NCBI GenBank assembly: GCA_965285935.1
Contig: OZ260667.1
Span: 30,318,001 to 30,382,000 of the forward strand
DNA length: 64,000 nucleotides
Direction of reading: 5' to 3'
Source of the DNA: Ophelia neglecta
Taxonomy: Eukaryota
In this document: positions 42,690-55,800 of the stretch, piece by piece
Numbering within the stretch: the stretch's first letter is position 1
Layout: each line of letters opens with the position of its first letter
Notes under the pieces: generated by a model
Told to the model about the DNA's origin: nothing
Database searches by the model: none
The model's input: only the letters and a program-made list of their open reading frames with translations
Translations under genes and position numbers: made by a program

Positions 42690-43240
42690 GAAAGCTGTAA
42701 GAAAAAGACGGATTACTTTGCCTCGATAAATCCTAAGTGTGCATTTCTAGTATAAGTCTAACGCCTAGACACTCAAGCTGGGATTATGAGAGATTATTTA
42801 TTCAGCAGGAGCACTGAACATGCAGCAGAAAGACCAGATAAACGCCCAGCAGCGGGTATTTAGGAAGAAAGGAGATCTGGAGCTACTGAACTGATAGCTT
42901 ATAGTGAATTGCGTTTGAAAAATGCAATAACAAGATCAGTCATAAATGTTGGCTCCTTTATATCACACACACAAAAGAGGCATTGGCGAGTAGGCATTCT
43001 CCTGTCAAGCCTGAGAAATATGAAATCCACCTCGTCAAAACCCATCATTGTGATGAATAAAATATGGAATGAAAAATAAAATTTAGCCGGCGTCCTTGTG
43101 TCTCAACCAGATTTGAGCCCGTCTGTGGCGAAACTCCTGTACACGACATCTGAGCAAACAGCTTCTAATTTCCATCGGGAGCTGGGGTCGTATTGAAGCA
43201 AAGACCGAAGGGAGACGAGGGAAATGTGGCTAAAGAACCA
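42690..43240 (+). mobile_element. RTE-type LINE C-terminal remnant
   Basis: RLWRNSCTR...KQLL...ELG...RPKG resembles RLRWxGHVxR...KQLLxxELxxGxRxxGRP. Weaker matches upstream. Confidence 0.35.
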
Positions 43241-44689
43241 TAATGCGAAGGGAGGTCTCACTGGAAAACGGGTGTGTTAAATGAATATACGGAGGAGATG
43301 GAGCACTCCTTATCTTAATCTGGCGTCCTTGGTGCATTGTTAATCGGCTAACATCTAATTGACGGCTGACGTCACAATTACCAAATATGGCAATAAGGTA
43401 ATGCTGGCACCGGGGACCCTATGAGTTAATATAATTAAATGGCACAAAAAAAACTCTCATTCGTGCAACTTCATACTAAGGACTTTCTTGATTTCGGATA
43501 CGTTCATGGCTCAATGTATTTTATATTTTTGCTTGAAATGTCTTAAGTCAACACTTTATTTTCGTGTCCCTCCCCACACAATCCTTCTGTATCCTCCAGT
43601 TGTACCAATCTGGCTAATCTCATAAATATGGCGTATCAAGAAGAAAGTTTGTATCCGACTCATACTCGTCTTAAATCATTAATTATTGAAAAGTCAGACA
43701 AGTGTACGTACGAGTCAATTATGCAGAAGTCAGAGATGAGATGACTTGCATCAAGTTTTGAGTAAGAAAATATTTCTTAACTTGTGAAATGTGTTCATTT
43801 ATAAGCACCAGACTGATAAGTGAAGGATATAGATACCTATAATGGGAAAACTATAATAAAATCGCACTGCGTGATAGTTTTCATCAAAATTGACAAAAAT
43901 ATGACTAGCTATTCCAACGGTCACATTAGTACCAAAGGGGGTGGGGTAAACTTCCTAACGTTTAAACATTCAACATGCCAGCGTTCGATGCCCGATGATA
44001 AAACGCCCTCAGCGAACATGTGACTTGAAACTGGTGTTATAAATATGACATCAGGGTATTGATTAAATACCTCCAGGCAGACCTCACCCGGGGCCAATGG
44101 GGATTCATCGTACCAATGGAGTTTGGTGGTAGAGCTCCACGTTGGGGTGACGACAGGACCCATGAGGGGGAAGACCCGTATCGCTAGTACCAGCAAGGTC
44201 GTTACCATGACGAGGACCAATGCATGTGAGCTAATGAGCAGGGCATGTACAGTAGAGGGATGGTGGTTTCCCATTTCTATAGCAGCTTTAGATAATAATG
44301 GCGAAGAGCCAGCGAAGGACTGGCTGTAGTAGGCAGAAGCATTGCTGAAATGGTTTTTGCAGTCTTTGAAAGTTGACATTAGCATTTTTCACTTCGTTTT
44401 GCACCCAATGCTCAGGGTATTTGTAAGTAGCGGCCTGCGTACCATTTATTCCTGGTTCTTGATGTTTGCGACAGATCATGGTAAATAGCCGGGACACCTA
44501 ATACCAAGAGCAGAGTATGGACAATAAACGAGAAAGAAGACCATTGGTGTCTTCAGCATTAGTCCGTCTAAACAGGAGCTAGTGGAAAATAAAAGCATCG
44601 CAGTTCCCCCGCCAGACATAGACCATTCAGGGCTGGAGGTGGGATTCTACCGCTGTAATATACGTGCTGCTGCCTGCAAGACACTGTTC

Positions 44690-44980
44690 TTACTTTGGAC
44701 TGAATTTGCCGCCCCGTTATTTTATAGAGTATCTCGTACTTATGTCACGTGTGCCTTAATCCTCCGAAACATGAAACCCGCAATCAGGAAAGGGCACATT
44801 GGGACGCGAGGATGACTCAGACGCTAAGGCTAGAGATGCGATGGACTGTACAGAACAGGACCATGGGGAGAACAGTGTAGCGGCTGATCACCATGTCTGA
44901 TACGAGGCAGCTGCAAGCATCGGGAATATCATGTGAACACGACTGAGCCTGGTGGGATAATCTGGCGGGATAATCTGGCA
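44690..44980 (+). mobile_element. Gypsy-like integrase zinc-finger region remnant
   Basis: LFYRVSRTYV...LRNMKPAIRKGHIG then ARDAMDC (LFKGxRIVIP..R..ML..IHxGHLG...RARDxVYW). Contains an exact 13-bp tandem duplication gggataatctggc at 44954-44979. Confidence 0.5.
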
Positions 44981-45599
44981 CGTATTGCTCCAGTTACAAT
45001 TGTCAATAGATGACGTGGGACCATTGCCCGAACCTGAATAATTGCTCATACAAAGCTGCGACGTGGACAGGTTGACTAGTATAAATGACTGCGCTGGGAA
45101 ATATTACCCGTCCTGCTCACATAGCAATGTGCATACTTGTCGGCTTGTCTACAAAACATAAGCAATGACATAATTCTCTCTACTCATAGACTATACATAA
45201 TGTTGAATATCGGTGTCTCATATCATCGACAACAAAGCCAAACCACATACATAACTCAATTTACATGTTATCAATAAAAGGTGACAGGGCAAATTCACAA
45301 AATAAAAACTTAAGCCTAATAATTGAAATTTGATTTGAAATGTATCTTTGGTAAGGGCCACCAAGTATTTTATTGTGTTTAATATTCTCATAGGAAACAA
45401 TATCGGTCGAATGGTTTTTTCATTCTCAAAGGGTTATATTCTTATAAATTGTATACATTTTTTAACAATGTAACTAGTTCATGTGGTTATTCAAATTTGA
45501 TGCGATGTCTATAATACTTAAGTGATGATAAGTTAGGCCAATACAATTCGCGGAATAATTACCATAGTACACGGATGGACACCTACGTATGCATGCTGA

Positions 45600-45740
45600 T
45601 TGGAATCGTCTACAGCAAACTCAATACATACGAGAAAAGGAAACGCGGAGAGCAGGTAATTTAAACACTGTAACTTTACGGAGAAGTCGTCTGACATCCA
45701 TGCTTGCGTGATGGTCCGATGAAATCCAATCAATGTCATT
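45600..45740 (-). mobile_element. Weak APE-endonuclease remnant
   Basis: ITQAWMSDD...LNY resembles ITETWLxD...IxGY. Confidence 0.27.
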
Positions 45741-46499
45741 GACTACTATACACGCGTGCATGATTGAGGAGCGGGCTTAGATGGTTGATGACGTTGTTGT
45801 TTATATGCTTTGGCTGTTGAGCTGGATTTGTAAATATAGAATCTACATTTTCAGTCAAGCCTTTGTCGCCGGCTGGTTATGATTCCAGCAGCCTGGTATC
45901 TAGGGTCTGATTCATCTCGAGCGTACTAAAGTTCTGCCCTCACATACCTTGCCGGTTGTAGCGGCAGGTATCAGCTTCCGACATACTCCTCACACCATTC
46001 AAGACATGTCAGCGTTAGACAAACAGCCCGCAACAGACGGAGCCCTTCCATGGGGCAACTACAGGCGGCCATTGATGAGGGTGACCTTAAGGGTCATAGT
46101 ACTAGAGTTCATAATTATACAACACAAATATTAGCACATGCCCCATCATGTCACGCCGACGGGGTTCTCCCAACTCCTACCAAACTCTATTGGTTATATT
46201 AGCAATAAAGAAAGTGTATTGTATGAAGAAACAAGATAAAAAAGAATACATTCTACAACAGTTTCTTTTACTAAGTCTGAATAATCAACTGCCTAAACAA
46301 AATGATGGTTTTCAATACAGTTGTACATTCCTCTCTTCCTTGTTGCAAAAAGCGGAAACAGAACTCTTTTCCGGATGATGACAGCAGGGTTAAAAACGCA
46401 CATTATTTTTAATGGTGTCGACATAACGATAACTGTAGTTACATAGCCTGCCTGCTGCAGCTGTCGAAGGAGCCTTCTCTCAAGTGGGAGATATACCGA

Positions 46500-46720
46500 T
46501 ATGATTAGTTATAAGTCTGCATATCGCATTGAAAATGTGGTTGCATCATCCATAGTAACACCAAGATATTGGCAATAGAACATTCAATAAGGCGACGAAA
46601 CGTAGGCGGCGGACTGACAAATAAGCATAGGTTTATTTAAGTTCTTTCTAAGCTTTCGATTTAAAAAGGAAGTGGTTGCTCGTTATGGGCCGACGCAAGA
46701 TGAAATCATTAGCAGCGTAT
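46500..46720 (-). mobile_element. Weak LINE RT C-terminal remnant
   Basis: NDF...SNHFLLNRK (NxDL...NxLxLNxxK) and QYLGVTMDDATTF (KYLGVxIDxxLxF). Confidence 0.35.
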
Positions 46721-46829
46721 AGCACGAGTCATACACTGTAAATTAATACGAAAAATATCGGCCAGACAACAGGCTATGTAATTCGCTATCTGTTACTTTG
46801 TGAGAGAAAATACGAGAAGTTGAAACACC

Positions 46830-47435
46830 ATAAAACAGAACCACATAACATCTATATAACTAAAACACAGTATGAGAGCGGGTGTTCAGCGTACAGCTGT
46901 ACAATAGCGAACATGTTGAGCAATTACTCAGCTAAAACCCAGTCACGTGACAGAAAATTACCCCTACAGATACTTGTTTCCAATGGTTTACCAGTTACTT
47001 TTGGTTATTGTCCGTATAGTGTGCGCTCCCATTCTGGGTAATAACTGTCCACTGAGACTACTGGACCACTACAAGATTGAAACCGTCTCCAAATCCAGTT
47101 ATTAACATCATCGATTGAGCAGCAATGCTGACTTATCTCGTATTATTTCACTCAACTAAACGAGTATCCACCCCTAGCTGTCACTTCTAGATAATCGATG
47201 TCTTCTCTATCGGGTTCCAAGCGGCAGGCCTTTTGATGATTGCGACCCTGATATAATCCAGACATTCTCTTGGAAGGAAGTAAAATGAGATTCCAAAATG
47301 TGTGGTCATATCTCTAAGCAGAGGACTGGTGCAAATATGCTTCAATTGGAAATGCCTTCAACCCGAAAACGACGGGTTTAATTTGAACGCCATCGGTCAT
47401 TGATCTAAATAGGCATGCCGAGCTTAACCTGAGCT
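46830..47435 (+). mobile_element. Penelope-like element, RT thumb to GIY-YIG remnant
   Basis: IYITKT (VYRKxT), LQILVSNGLP (LxxNGYP), LRLLDHYKIETVSKS (RILxxHxIxTxFKP), SIG..SGRPF (YIGETGRxF) and LNRHAELNLS (LNRDxGxxLS), in order. Confidence 0.55.
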
Positions 47436-48579
47436 GAACTAGTCTCATCCAGGAAAGGTTTTCTGCAGTCGCAGCTGTAGGTCTGGTTTACACAGGCCAG
47501 GTATTATGAAAACGCATACATTAGAATCGTTACAATTTCCGCATCCCATAGGGCCAGGAACACCCATCAACGAAATTATAATAACCTTTGGTACCGGTGC
47601 CAGGGGGGCGAGCGGGTCGCACATGCTGCCGAATGGCTTCCGGAGATTGAAAACACGCCAGCACGCCCAGCCAAATCAATATCTGATACGGATATCAAAT
47701 CCGCACCAATATTGGAGAAGAAATAGCTGCGGTGATACTGGTCATGTGTCAAACTGCAGCTCAATACAGTAACGAGAACAAACAAAATTGAATCTTCCGC
47801 CATTTAAGACTCACAGAGATGCAATAACGTTCATCTGTGCTTTCGAATGGATGGGTGTCAGGCAGAAGTGACAACCTACAATCAAGCCAGAAAGTAATTA
47901 CTGCAGAATCTTATGAGGTTATCGCATGTCAATATTACCTCGCGGTGCTATTCTGCAGGATTTTTCCTCATCTTGAAGTACATTAATGCTGATTATCTCG
48001 TAGTGTGTGATCTCTCGTTTCTTTTTATTCAACGCATTAAAAGGTGGCTATCAATCCAAGAGGCAAAAAGGAAATTTGAAAATGATTGATAATAATATAA
48101 GGCGGATCTCAAAATATTGAAACAAATTAAATATGATGTGTTTCGAAAATGCATGCCTTTAACAATCTTGAATTCAGAAACTGATTAATTAATATGCATA
48201 TCTCATTTGACACCAGTGTGCAGTTTTGGTGCGTTGTTGTAAGCGGCCAGGGTATCTGTTTGGATTAAACAAAGCAGTCCCTGTTATAAGGGTCACTACA
48301 CGCCGCCTCAGTAGCCTTTCCTTCTGACAGTATAAAATAAGACTTAAAGTTATTATGTCAATTATATATTAGATTATATTGCCTAAGAAATTAGTATACT
48401 AGAAATAAAATGGATGTATGTGCAAGTATAATTCACACATGCTGTCAAACATGATGGCTACACTATTAGGCGACTGAATACCAAAATTCGATGGATCGTT
48501 CAAGGGACCGTGGTTTTATTTAAAACATTGGATATGAATTCAACATGCAATATGATTTAGGAGTTATCGCCTATATAAA

Positions 48580-48655
48580 GGTCGGGTTGGAGGGGAATCG
48601 GACTCCATGGCTTTCCTGACAGCCGGTGGAGAATGCTGACTTCGCGACCGAGAAG
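48580..48655 (-). mobile_element. Possible tRNA-derived SINE head
   Basis: Minus strand ctcggtcgcgaagtcagcattctccaccggctgtcaggaaagccatggagtccgattccc shows degenerate A-box and B-box (GGTTCGATTCCC-like) at tRNA-like spacing. Not a foldable tRNA. Confidence 0.33.
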
Positions 48656-49199
48656 TCACAAGACCGGAGGACTTCGGGCGAGTATACCAAAACTACTCGA
48701 TTTGATGTCACCAGCACCAGGCGGAAGTGAAACTAGCACATCTGCATACCCTTACTGCGGAAGCAATTCTGCTACTGCTAACAAGGCTGACTCGGGGAAA
48801 CTCCTTAGAATTCGGCTGCTAGGAATAGGTCATGTCTATACAAGTCAAACCTTAGGCAGAACCCAAAAGAGGAAATATAAAACACGTGGAACAATCTGGA
48901 GACAAAACGCAGGCTTACTCCGCCGTCGTTACCGACTAAAATCTGACAGACCTGTTAATACAGAACCATCCAATAAATTGATTGAATATGGTTAATATTT
49001 AGCGTTCTTGTTATATGGTCAGCCGAGCAAGATGCGTTTTAAACCAGCTGTGTGTGTAATCAGTCTTTTTGTATCGAACAAGGAATCGCATGATATCTCA
49101 TCACAGCTAGTCACGCCATCATCGACTAGGCTGGCGCCTTCACAGAACTTATGTTGACCAGCTATCGGTTTGTTCTGCTAGCGCACAGCGATGTAAGCT

Positions 49200-49620
49200 T
49201 TGGTCACATCTCATTATATTGTTCAAATGTTGACTTTAGAATGTTCTAAGGTGGATATTGGTTTGAATATAACAACATTGATATTTACATGGGCGCGTGT
49301 CACTTGTATACGAATAACCCATGACCCGTCAGGTGCTGATATGAATACCATTAGTGACTATACGGCTGATGTTCTTAATGACACCTGGGAAATACTACAC
49401 TTACATTCTCTATTGGCATGTTTAAAAATAAAAGTGAAATTAATACGATTTCAGAACACCAGAGAAATTCTAACCCCGCCAGATAATTGACTGCGGACGG
49501 GTACTCGTGGACTAAAGGAACCAATGGCTGTAATATCTTCGTTGGTTAATAGCGTATATGAATAAGACTTGAGTAAATGTACTGACTGTCCTGCTCAGGG
49601 GATGATTACAAATGCCCGTA
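49200..49620 (+). mobile_element. Weak LINE APE-endonuclease remnant
   Basis: LECSKVDI...ITHDPSGADMNTISDYTADVL (ESxFxEI...IYRPPxxDxxxFxDY), later SSLVNSVY (xTLIDNIF). Confidence 0.33.
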
Positions 49621-49656
49621 CGTCAGTAATATATGAATTGGCAGTATCCATTGTGA

Positions 49657-49923
49657 GTTCCCCTTCCCAAGTGTGCCAGAAAACAAACTAATAAAGGCCG
49701 CTTGGCCACCAGAAGGTCACTTGACAACGGCTCGACATGGCAGTATAACCGCATTGGAATTATTTGGCTGGCTTCCCCTGAGCGCTGTCTTGCTCTTATT
49801 GCGTTTACCGAACCCAAAAGAACTATGGTTTCGAGGCTATACAAATACACTCGCACCCAATTCGGGTTGATTTTGCCTCAAAAAGAGTATTTGGTGGAAG
49901 TGCACCCATGCGCATGCCTTTGA
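49657..49923 (+). pseudogene. Degenerate sialidase (NEU1-like) fragment with Asp-box
   Basis: The stop-to-stop frame reads CARKQTNKGRLATRRSLDNGSTWQYNRIGIIWLASPERCLALIAFTEPKRTMVSRLY. It has a perfect SxDxGxTW Asp-box preceded by ARK...RRS, as around the first Asp-box of NEU1-type sialidases (comparison from memory). Confidence 0.4.
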
Positions 49924-49974
49924 TTAGGCAGTGGGCTATCCTGCACTTCCACATTCATTGACTTTGTCAGTAGA

Positions 49975-50055
49975 ATGCCAATTGCACTACACGAAAGAGC
50001 TTTAGAACGAAAAGGGGTGGCAAGTGTCATTGGCTCGATCCCCGCTCGTTCAGTC
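49975..50055 (+). mobile_element. Possible tRNA-derived SINE head (very decayed)
   Basis: B-box-like ggctcgatccccgctc near 50033, with an A-box-like aagagc about 40 nt upstream. Confidence 0.22.
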
Positions 50056-51280
50056 CACCCTGACATCGAATTTCACATATACGCCTGTCACATAAAGAAC
50101 GATACCCGAGTAGCCAATGACCATCGGTTGCAGGCAAATTTTTGGTGTTTACACCTGTGACAGAACTAAACTAAAATCAATTCACTATGTTGGTCTTGGA
50201 TATGTACTTCTAATAATTCTGCAAATTGAATGTTATAGCCTTTTACATGTTTCCATTTTATACATCGGTGCAAGGCGACACAAAGTCAACTAGTTTTAAA
50301 CCTTGGACAAACAAATATCAAACCACCTTCTAAAAACAAGCATTGATGTAAGATTTAAAACAAAAGTACATAATGTTTCGTGACTGTGTCTTCCTCAGAC
50401 GTCTTTTGCTGTTGCATTCGGCTGGGTAAATCTCTTTCATCTCCAGTCCGTATGAATACGAGGGTTTTTGTAGTTGACGAAAGTGCTTTTGTAGAACCAA
50501 TGGACCTACATGTTGTTAGTGTGTATACTAATGTTAAATTTGACTTACCTAATTTCCCTTTGGTTAAGCGAGCTGCATCTCCAAAAGGAATCTTTCACAA
50601 CTGAAATAGGTGCTTCCAATGCCAAAAGGGCAAGATTGTCCCTGTCTCCTGGCAAGGAGAGAGGCCAAAAAAACAACTATTGCGTGCTTAGAGTTCTTGT
50701 TTCATACTCTGTTCTCTCAAATATATGCAGATGAGAAGGTAGAACGAGAATGAATTGCTTCCAAGTTGTAGAAAAATCCGCCTGTTTATTATTGTTATCC
50801 TAAAGAAGGCTCTCCTCCAGGATGTGCCTCTTGGGGTGTTCCCGCTCAGAGCGGCGATGCACAGGCATGTGTGCTCGGCGGCGCAGCTATCCCTTGCTTA
50901 CGTTGTCTGAGGATGCCGGCAGAGGGAATGATACTTGTAAAATGAGCCAGGACGCAGCCTTACCTATCTAGAATGTCTCGAGTTGCGGCACGTGTGCGTG
51001 TAGCCACTGTTTCCTACTACGCATGCGTACTATTCTCTTCGCACTACTCTATTAGATCAACAGCGTCATATTGGTAGGGACGAAGGGTTAGCAATGCACA
51101 TACTTACAGCTTCAAAACCATGGTGCCTAATTTCAATTCCTGGAGTTCAGCTGCATTTCAATAAAACAAAGGGGTACAAAGCCTTAAGCGGCAAATACAT
51201 GTATATAGCTCGTAACTCATGAAGATGGTTCAGCGCTATATTAATTTTTGGCCAGTATCAGAGGTATGCAATTATATGAT

Positions 51281-51327
51281 AATTATGCCTTAGGTATCAG
51301 GTGTAAGAATTATGCCTTAGGTATCAG
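51281..51327. repeat. Exact 20-bp direct repeat separated by 7 bp
   Basis: aattatgccttaggtatcag at 51281-51300 and 51308-51327. Confidence 0.9.
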
Positions 51328-52315
51328 TTGAGTTTCCATGTTTGGTTCTTAGTCCCATGTGTCGGGTAAATCAGCTGATAAAACAGTCCCAACTCAACTG
51401 CTTACGTTTTTACGCTGGTGCCTGCACACAATGCGTGATTGAGTTTGATGTGAGTGAAGCAGTCATAAAGACTTCTCCTGGCTGGCTATGATTCTGATAA
51501 AACTCGCCTTTATTTATCTCTGAAGCGATTGTCTCCGGTAGTGTGGTGTAAAACACGGATGCCGTCCGTTTGAACGTAACTCCAAACGGATAGCTTCCAT
51601 TTGGCGCCATGTTTCATAGTCAAATTCCCAATGCGTAGAATCGGATCATTAAGGGAGTTGATGTCCTTTGTAAAGTTATTGTATGTGTCATAATGGTAAC
51701 ATAATATGAATTGTATACAGTTTATGGACCCCTAGCCTTCTTCTATTGAACAGGACCCGGCAGCCCACTATTACAGAAGTACGACCTTTCCGGGGGGTAT
51801 TTGGGTTCTTTCTCTGTCACTTAGTCCAATTAGGAAGGGCTTTTAGCAAGTTTGTCGAAGATCGAGATTAATTCCTTTTGTATTTGTACAAATGGCTTTG
51901 AAAGAGGAGGTTCTGCGCCAATGGTAATAAACTCAGCCAGAGGAAGTCGAACTCGCCACTCCATTTCGGTATGGCTTAATGGCAAATATTGTAGATCTGT
52001 GTTACGTAGTCCTCGTGAGCAGATGGAGGGGGGGGGAGGGGGGGGGGGTCGGAATCGACTATTAGATATGAACGATTTTTCCACTTTTTGGAAACCCTCC
52101 CAATCGAGTTTTCCATAGAGTGATATCACCGAAGCATCGTTGGTATATTAGGGGACATTTAGGTGAAGTGGGTGTTTATGCCAAGGGTACATTATTTAAT
52201 TGTTTAGCCCGTAAATTCGGACGGTTATCCCTAAGTTTTGAGCAGCAGCATTCCCTGACAATCTTGTTAAGGGAGAATTAACAAGGGAGTGGGTGGTGGA
52301 AAGATCACGAAACCT

Positions 52316-52348
52316 TATATATTTATATACATATATATATATATATAT
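52316..52348. repeat. Imperfect (TA)n microsatellite
   Basis: tatatatttatatacatatatatatatatatat. Confidence 0.85.
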
Positions 52349-54229
52349 GAATATTTAACATGCTTCAGGCCGACGTATTCTTAAACACTCAGGCACTCCC
52401 CTAAGACAAAGGATTGGTGGGGATTAAGTGAGATTGCAGCGCGCTATATCAAGTCACCATTAGTGAATCCAACAATGGCCATTAGAGTCCATTAAATGCA
52501 CAGCTGCCCCTATTGACCCGAGGGTCTACATCGGCTTTACGGGTTTACCGCCGCACGACATCCATCTTGCTACTGCCATGATATAGTTTACAATTCGAAG
52601 TAAGTGCCTTGTTGAAAATAACCAGTCATATCCGTTTCAGAGAGAAAATAAACACATTTGCCTTAATAAGTTAAGTATTTCTTTTGCTATAGCCACAATT
52701 ATTGGTTCCATTGTAAACTTTGTTTTGTTCATGTTCATTGTAATGCAAGCATTTAACAAAAGTGTCAAGCCTTTTGTTAAAATATGTATGACGAAATAGT
52801 AGTATCTCTTATTTTGCCAAGGAACATTAATATAAAATTACAAATGGAGTTCATAATGCATTTCATTGCATTACAAAAATATAAAGATACACCACGGAGC
52901 TTATAAGGTGCGAAGTAATGGCTATCACATAGAAAGGCTTTCTCAGGGCATAACACCCGAAAAATAAAAATGAACGATAAGCTCGATAATGGACACGTCT
53001 TTCTAACCGCTAGCCGCCAAGTAGCTACAGCCACAGCTGTAGCTAGGGTATTTTAGTTTCCGCCTATACTAATTTCACTCCGGTAACTGCCTACAAGTCT
53101 CGCCAAAATCAATTTTGTCTGATGTTTATGTTCTCTTTACCAAGTTACCAGACCGAGATTTATCGACTTGTGCCATATAATGAAGAACCTCTCACGTATC
53201 ACAGACAAAACTTCAAAATCTCCATTGACTAAATGGAGCCAAAATAAACTCTTCCTGAAGCTCCTTTCTCCGGTAACTGTGCTTGCTCGTCCTTTTTCCT
53301 TCAGCTTCCATTAAGCGTGTTCTATGAGCCGATCAAAAGACACCTTACCCAAGACAAGTATGGACAATCAAAACTGTGATATGCATTCACCTTCTTCTAC
53401 TCCTGGACACTGGCTATGTTAAACACCGCTAGACGTAAGACTAGATACGTTTAATGTATCGACTAAGCACACTCGGGGGCAAAACACATCAAACTGTCAG
53501 ACAGTGTCTCAGAGCGAAGATCATTGTAGCTGACTTCGGAGCAGCCTAATGTAAATAAGGTCGTATTTTCCAATAATAAAATTTCCATGTGTTTAAGGTG
53601 GTATTATTATAGATTTTGATTCTAACTGTGAAAAAGTATTTCCTGCAAGTCAAAATACATATATGTCATAAGTACGTCTTTCAAATAGAAGACATTTATT
53701 TTACCCGCCCAAACAAGGCTCAATATAATGCCAGGTTATTGTGTGTAGTTCAAATATAAACGGTACACGTAATTAACTAAGTTTGAAGTCATTGTGAAGA
53801 TGCTAAAGTCAAGAGTTCCATGTGCAAATCTTGCGTAGCATGCAGAGGTGGTCAATAGATGTCGCCCTGGGGAAGCAGCTGGGTCTAGCCGGATCAGATG
53901 GTATAAATCTAAATATGAGGATATAATAGGCTGATATAATATTCAAAAATACCTCACTGAAATCATATCGTCAATAGGAAAGCAGATGTCAGATAACAGA
54001 TATTCCAATTGAAAAAGAATAGATAATAGAGTAATGGAACTGTTCTGTATATTTATAAGAATAATTGACCTATATAACGGGAGCATGCATGAAGCTGACA
54101 AGCATGACCGAGAGATGATTTCTCTAGGTACCTAATACCCTAACCACGCCGGGATATCGATAGCCACACCTGTATTAACTGAGTTTGGCCCGGCGGCAGT
54201 TATGTGTCTATAACACAGCATTGGTACGC

Positions 54230-54380
54230 TTCCAATAAGGTTTTCGTCACACAACATATATATTAGAAAGCATCAAAGCTTAGGAAAGCTACAATGCTCG
54301 GCACATTTCCTTCCACTATGCAAACTCGACACAGTCAAACTCTGAGCATTTTTTTAAATGAAATAAACAATTATTTCTCC
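54230..54380 (+). mobile_element. Weak LINE RT remnant
   Basis: Q*GFR...LGTF...DTV...NEINNY resembles QYGFR...GIFxDxxKAFDTV...KLxxY. Confidence 0.3.
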
Positions 54381-55489
54381 CATTTAAAAGATAAATAAAC
54401 CGGACGCACGAGGAAACAAAAGATTCTCATGTACGTTGTCCCTATAGCAAATAATTCTTGAATCAATCAATTGTTCAAGCAACAACATGTGAACTTTTAA
54501 TAGTTAACTTAATATAGATTATCTTTAGAATTATTTTTAAGTTCTTAAGAATCTTCAATAGAATCACAAAATGCCTGACGCAGTGGTTTGTCGATGGAGT
54601 ATAATCTGATAATTTTGCCTCACTCTCTCCACCCTACCTCTAGCCTGCCTCAAGTATAGGAACTGTCAGTGTACATTGTAAATGTGTCAAACAACAATTG
54701 AATAATGTTAATGCTGGGGTTTTTAAAATAATGAATCTGACTAAGAATTGAAGGCCACTCGAACGCATGGGGTGTTTATGTGCCTTAGGGCCCTATTAAC
54801 TATCCCAATAAAATTAGGAAAAACATACAACCAAGTCTGCTTTTAGCAGTAAAATATCGTATTATTTTCAGGGCAGTGGAAGAAGCACGTGTTGCATTGA
54901 CTCTATAAAACTATTCTTATTCATTAGTAAGCACTGCGATATATAATTTGAAACAATTGTTATGTTTTTTTAATTTAGGGTGGAATACCGCTGCCGGAAA
55001 ACATTGGACAATACATCCTTTTTACCTCATTGAGACAAGGATGGTCGATTCTTTAAAACACTATATGTTTAATATTGAATAAAGAGTACCTCATGAAAAC
55101 GATAACCGAAACTGGTATTTGCCACGGAAAAAAAATGGGGCGAGATCAATTCTGAGCAGGGTTATATTCGGACTTCCGGTTCTGAAGTGGATGGTAGTAT
55201 ATCCATTGATGTGTCAGATGTGCATGTTTTGTCCATGAGATGGTTTACCTCCGTTCGATGCTGCTGCCGATTGTTGTGTATAGTGGACAATAAAGATACT
55301 GCTTGTAACCACAGCGGCGAAAACAAAACAAAAAAATATTACTTCAAGCATGCACGCGAGTAGACCGGACAAAAGGAACATATAGGCCTATATTTGCATT
55401 GTAAAAATTGATATTTGTCTTACAAAGTATCTCAGGGTGATACTCGGAGAAATGAGACGTGTAATCTACAAAGCAAAAAATTCTGTTCT

Positions 55490-55800
55490 GTATATAATCA
55501 ACAACCTTCACTTCACAACGTCTGGTTGTCTCCTCGTCTCGTCTATTGTCTCAGTCAAGTTTTGTCGATGCGTAGCCATTGTTGTAACACCAGCTTCCAC
55601 CAGCCTCTTGTAACATGTCAAAGGCGCCGTCTTGTCGAATCGAACCATAAACCTTTTGAAAATCAATGGTCGTTCTCAGAGTAACAAAGGTATTCGGTCT
55701 GTTATATGCGCACTTCATACTGAAAGCTGAAACACCCCAGTGTGGAAGCAATGAAGTACTGGCACCCGGGGAGCAAAACGACGGGGCTACATTACCCTCT
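55490..55800 (+). mobile_element. Gypsy-like RNase H remnant
   Basis: ORF 55415-55684: SFHQPLVTCQRRRLVESNHKPFE (KFHQYxYGxxxxVETDHKPLE), later GSNEVLA...ATLP (GKxxxLADxLSRAxL). Confidence 0.5.

Noticed and set aside
43921-44385. 154-aa minus-strand ORF
   Set aside because: No coherent domain, and it overlaps TE-like debris.
48633-48995. 120-aa plus-strand ORF
   Set aside because: No recognisable family or gene signals. Its start overlaps a SINE-like head.
50520-50640. GSTYFSCERF, possible hAT dimerisation motif
   Set aside because: One short motif with no other transposase sequence nearby.
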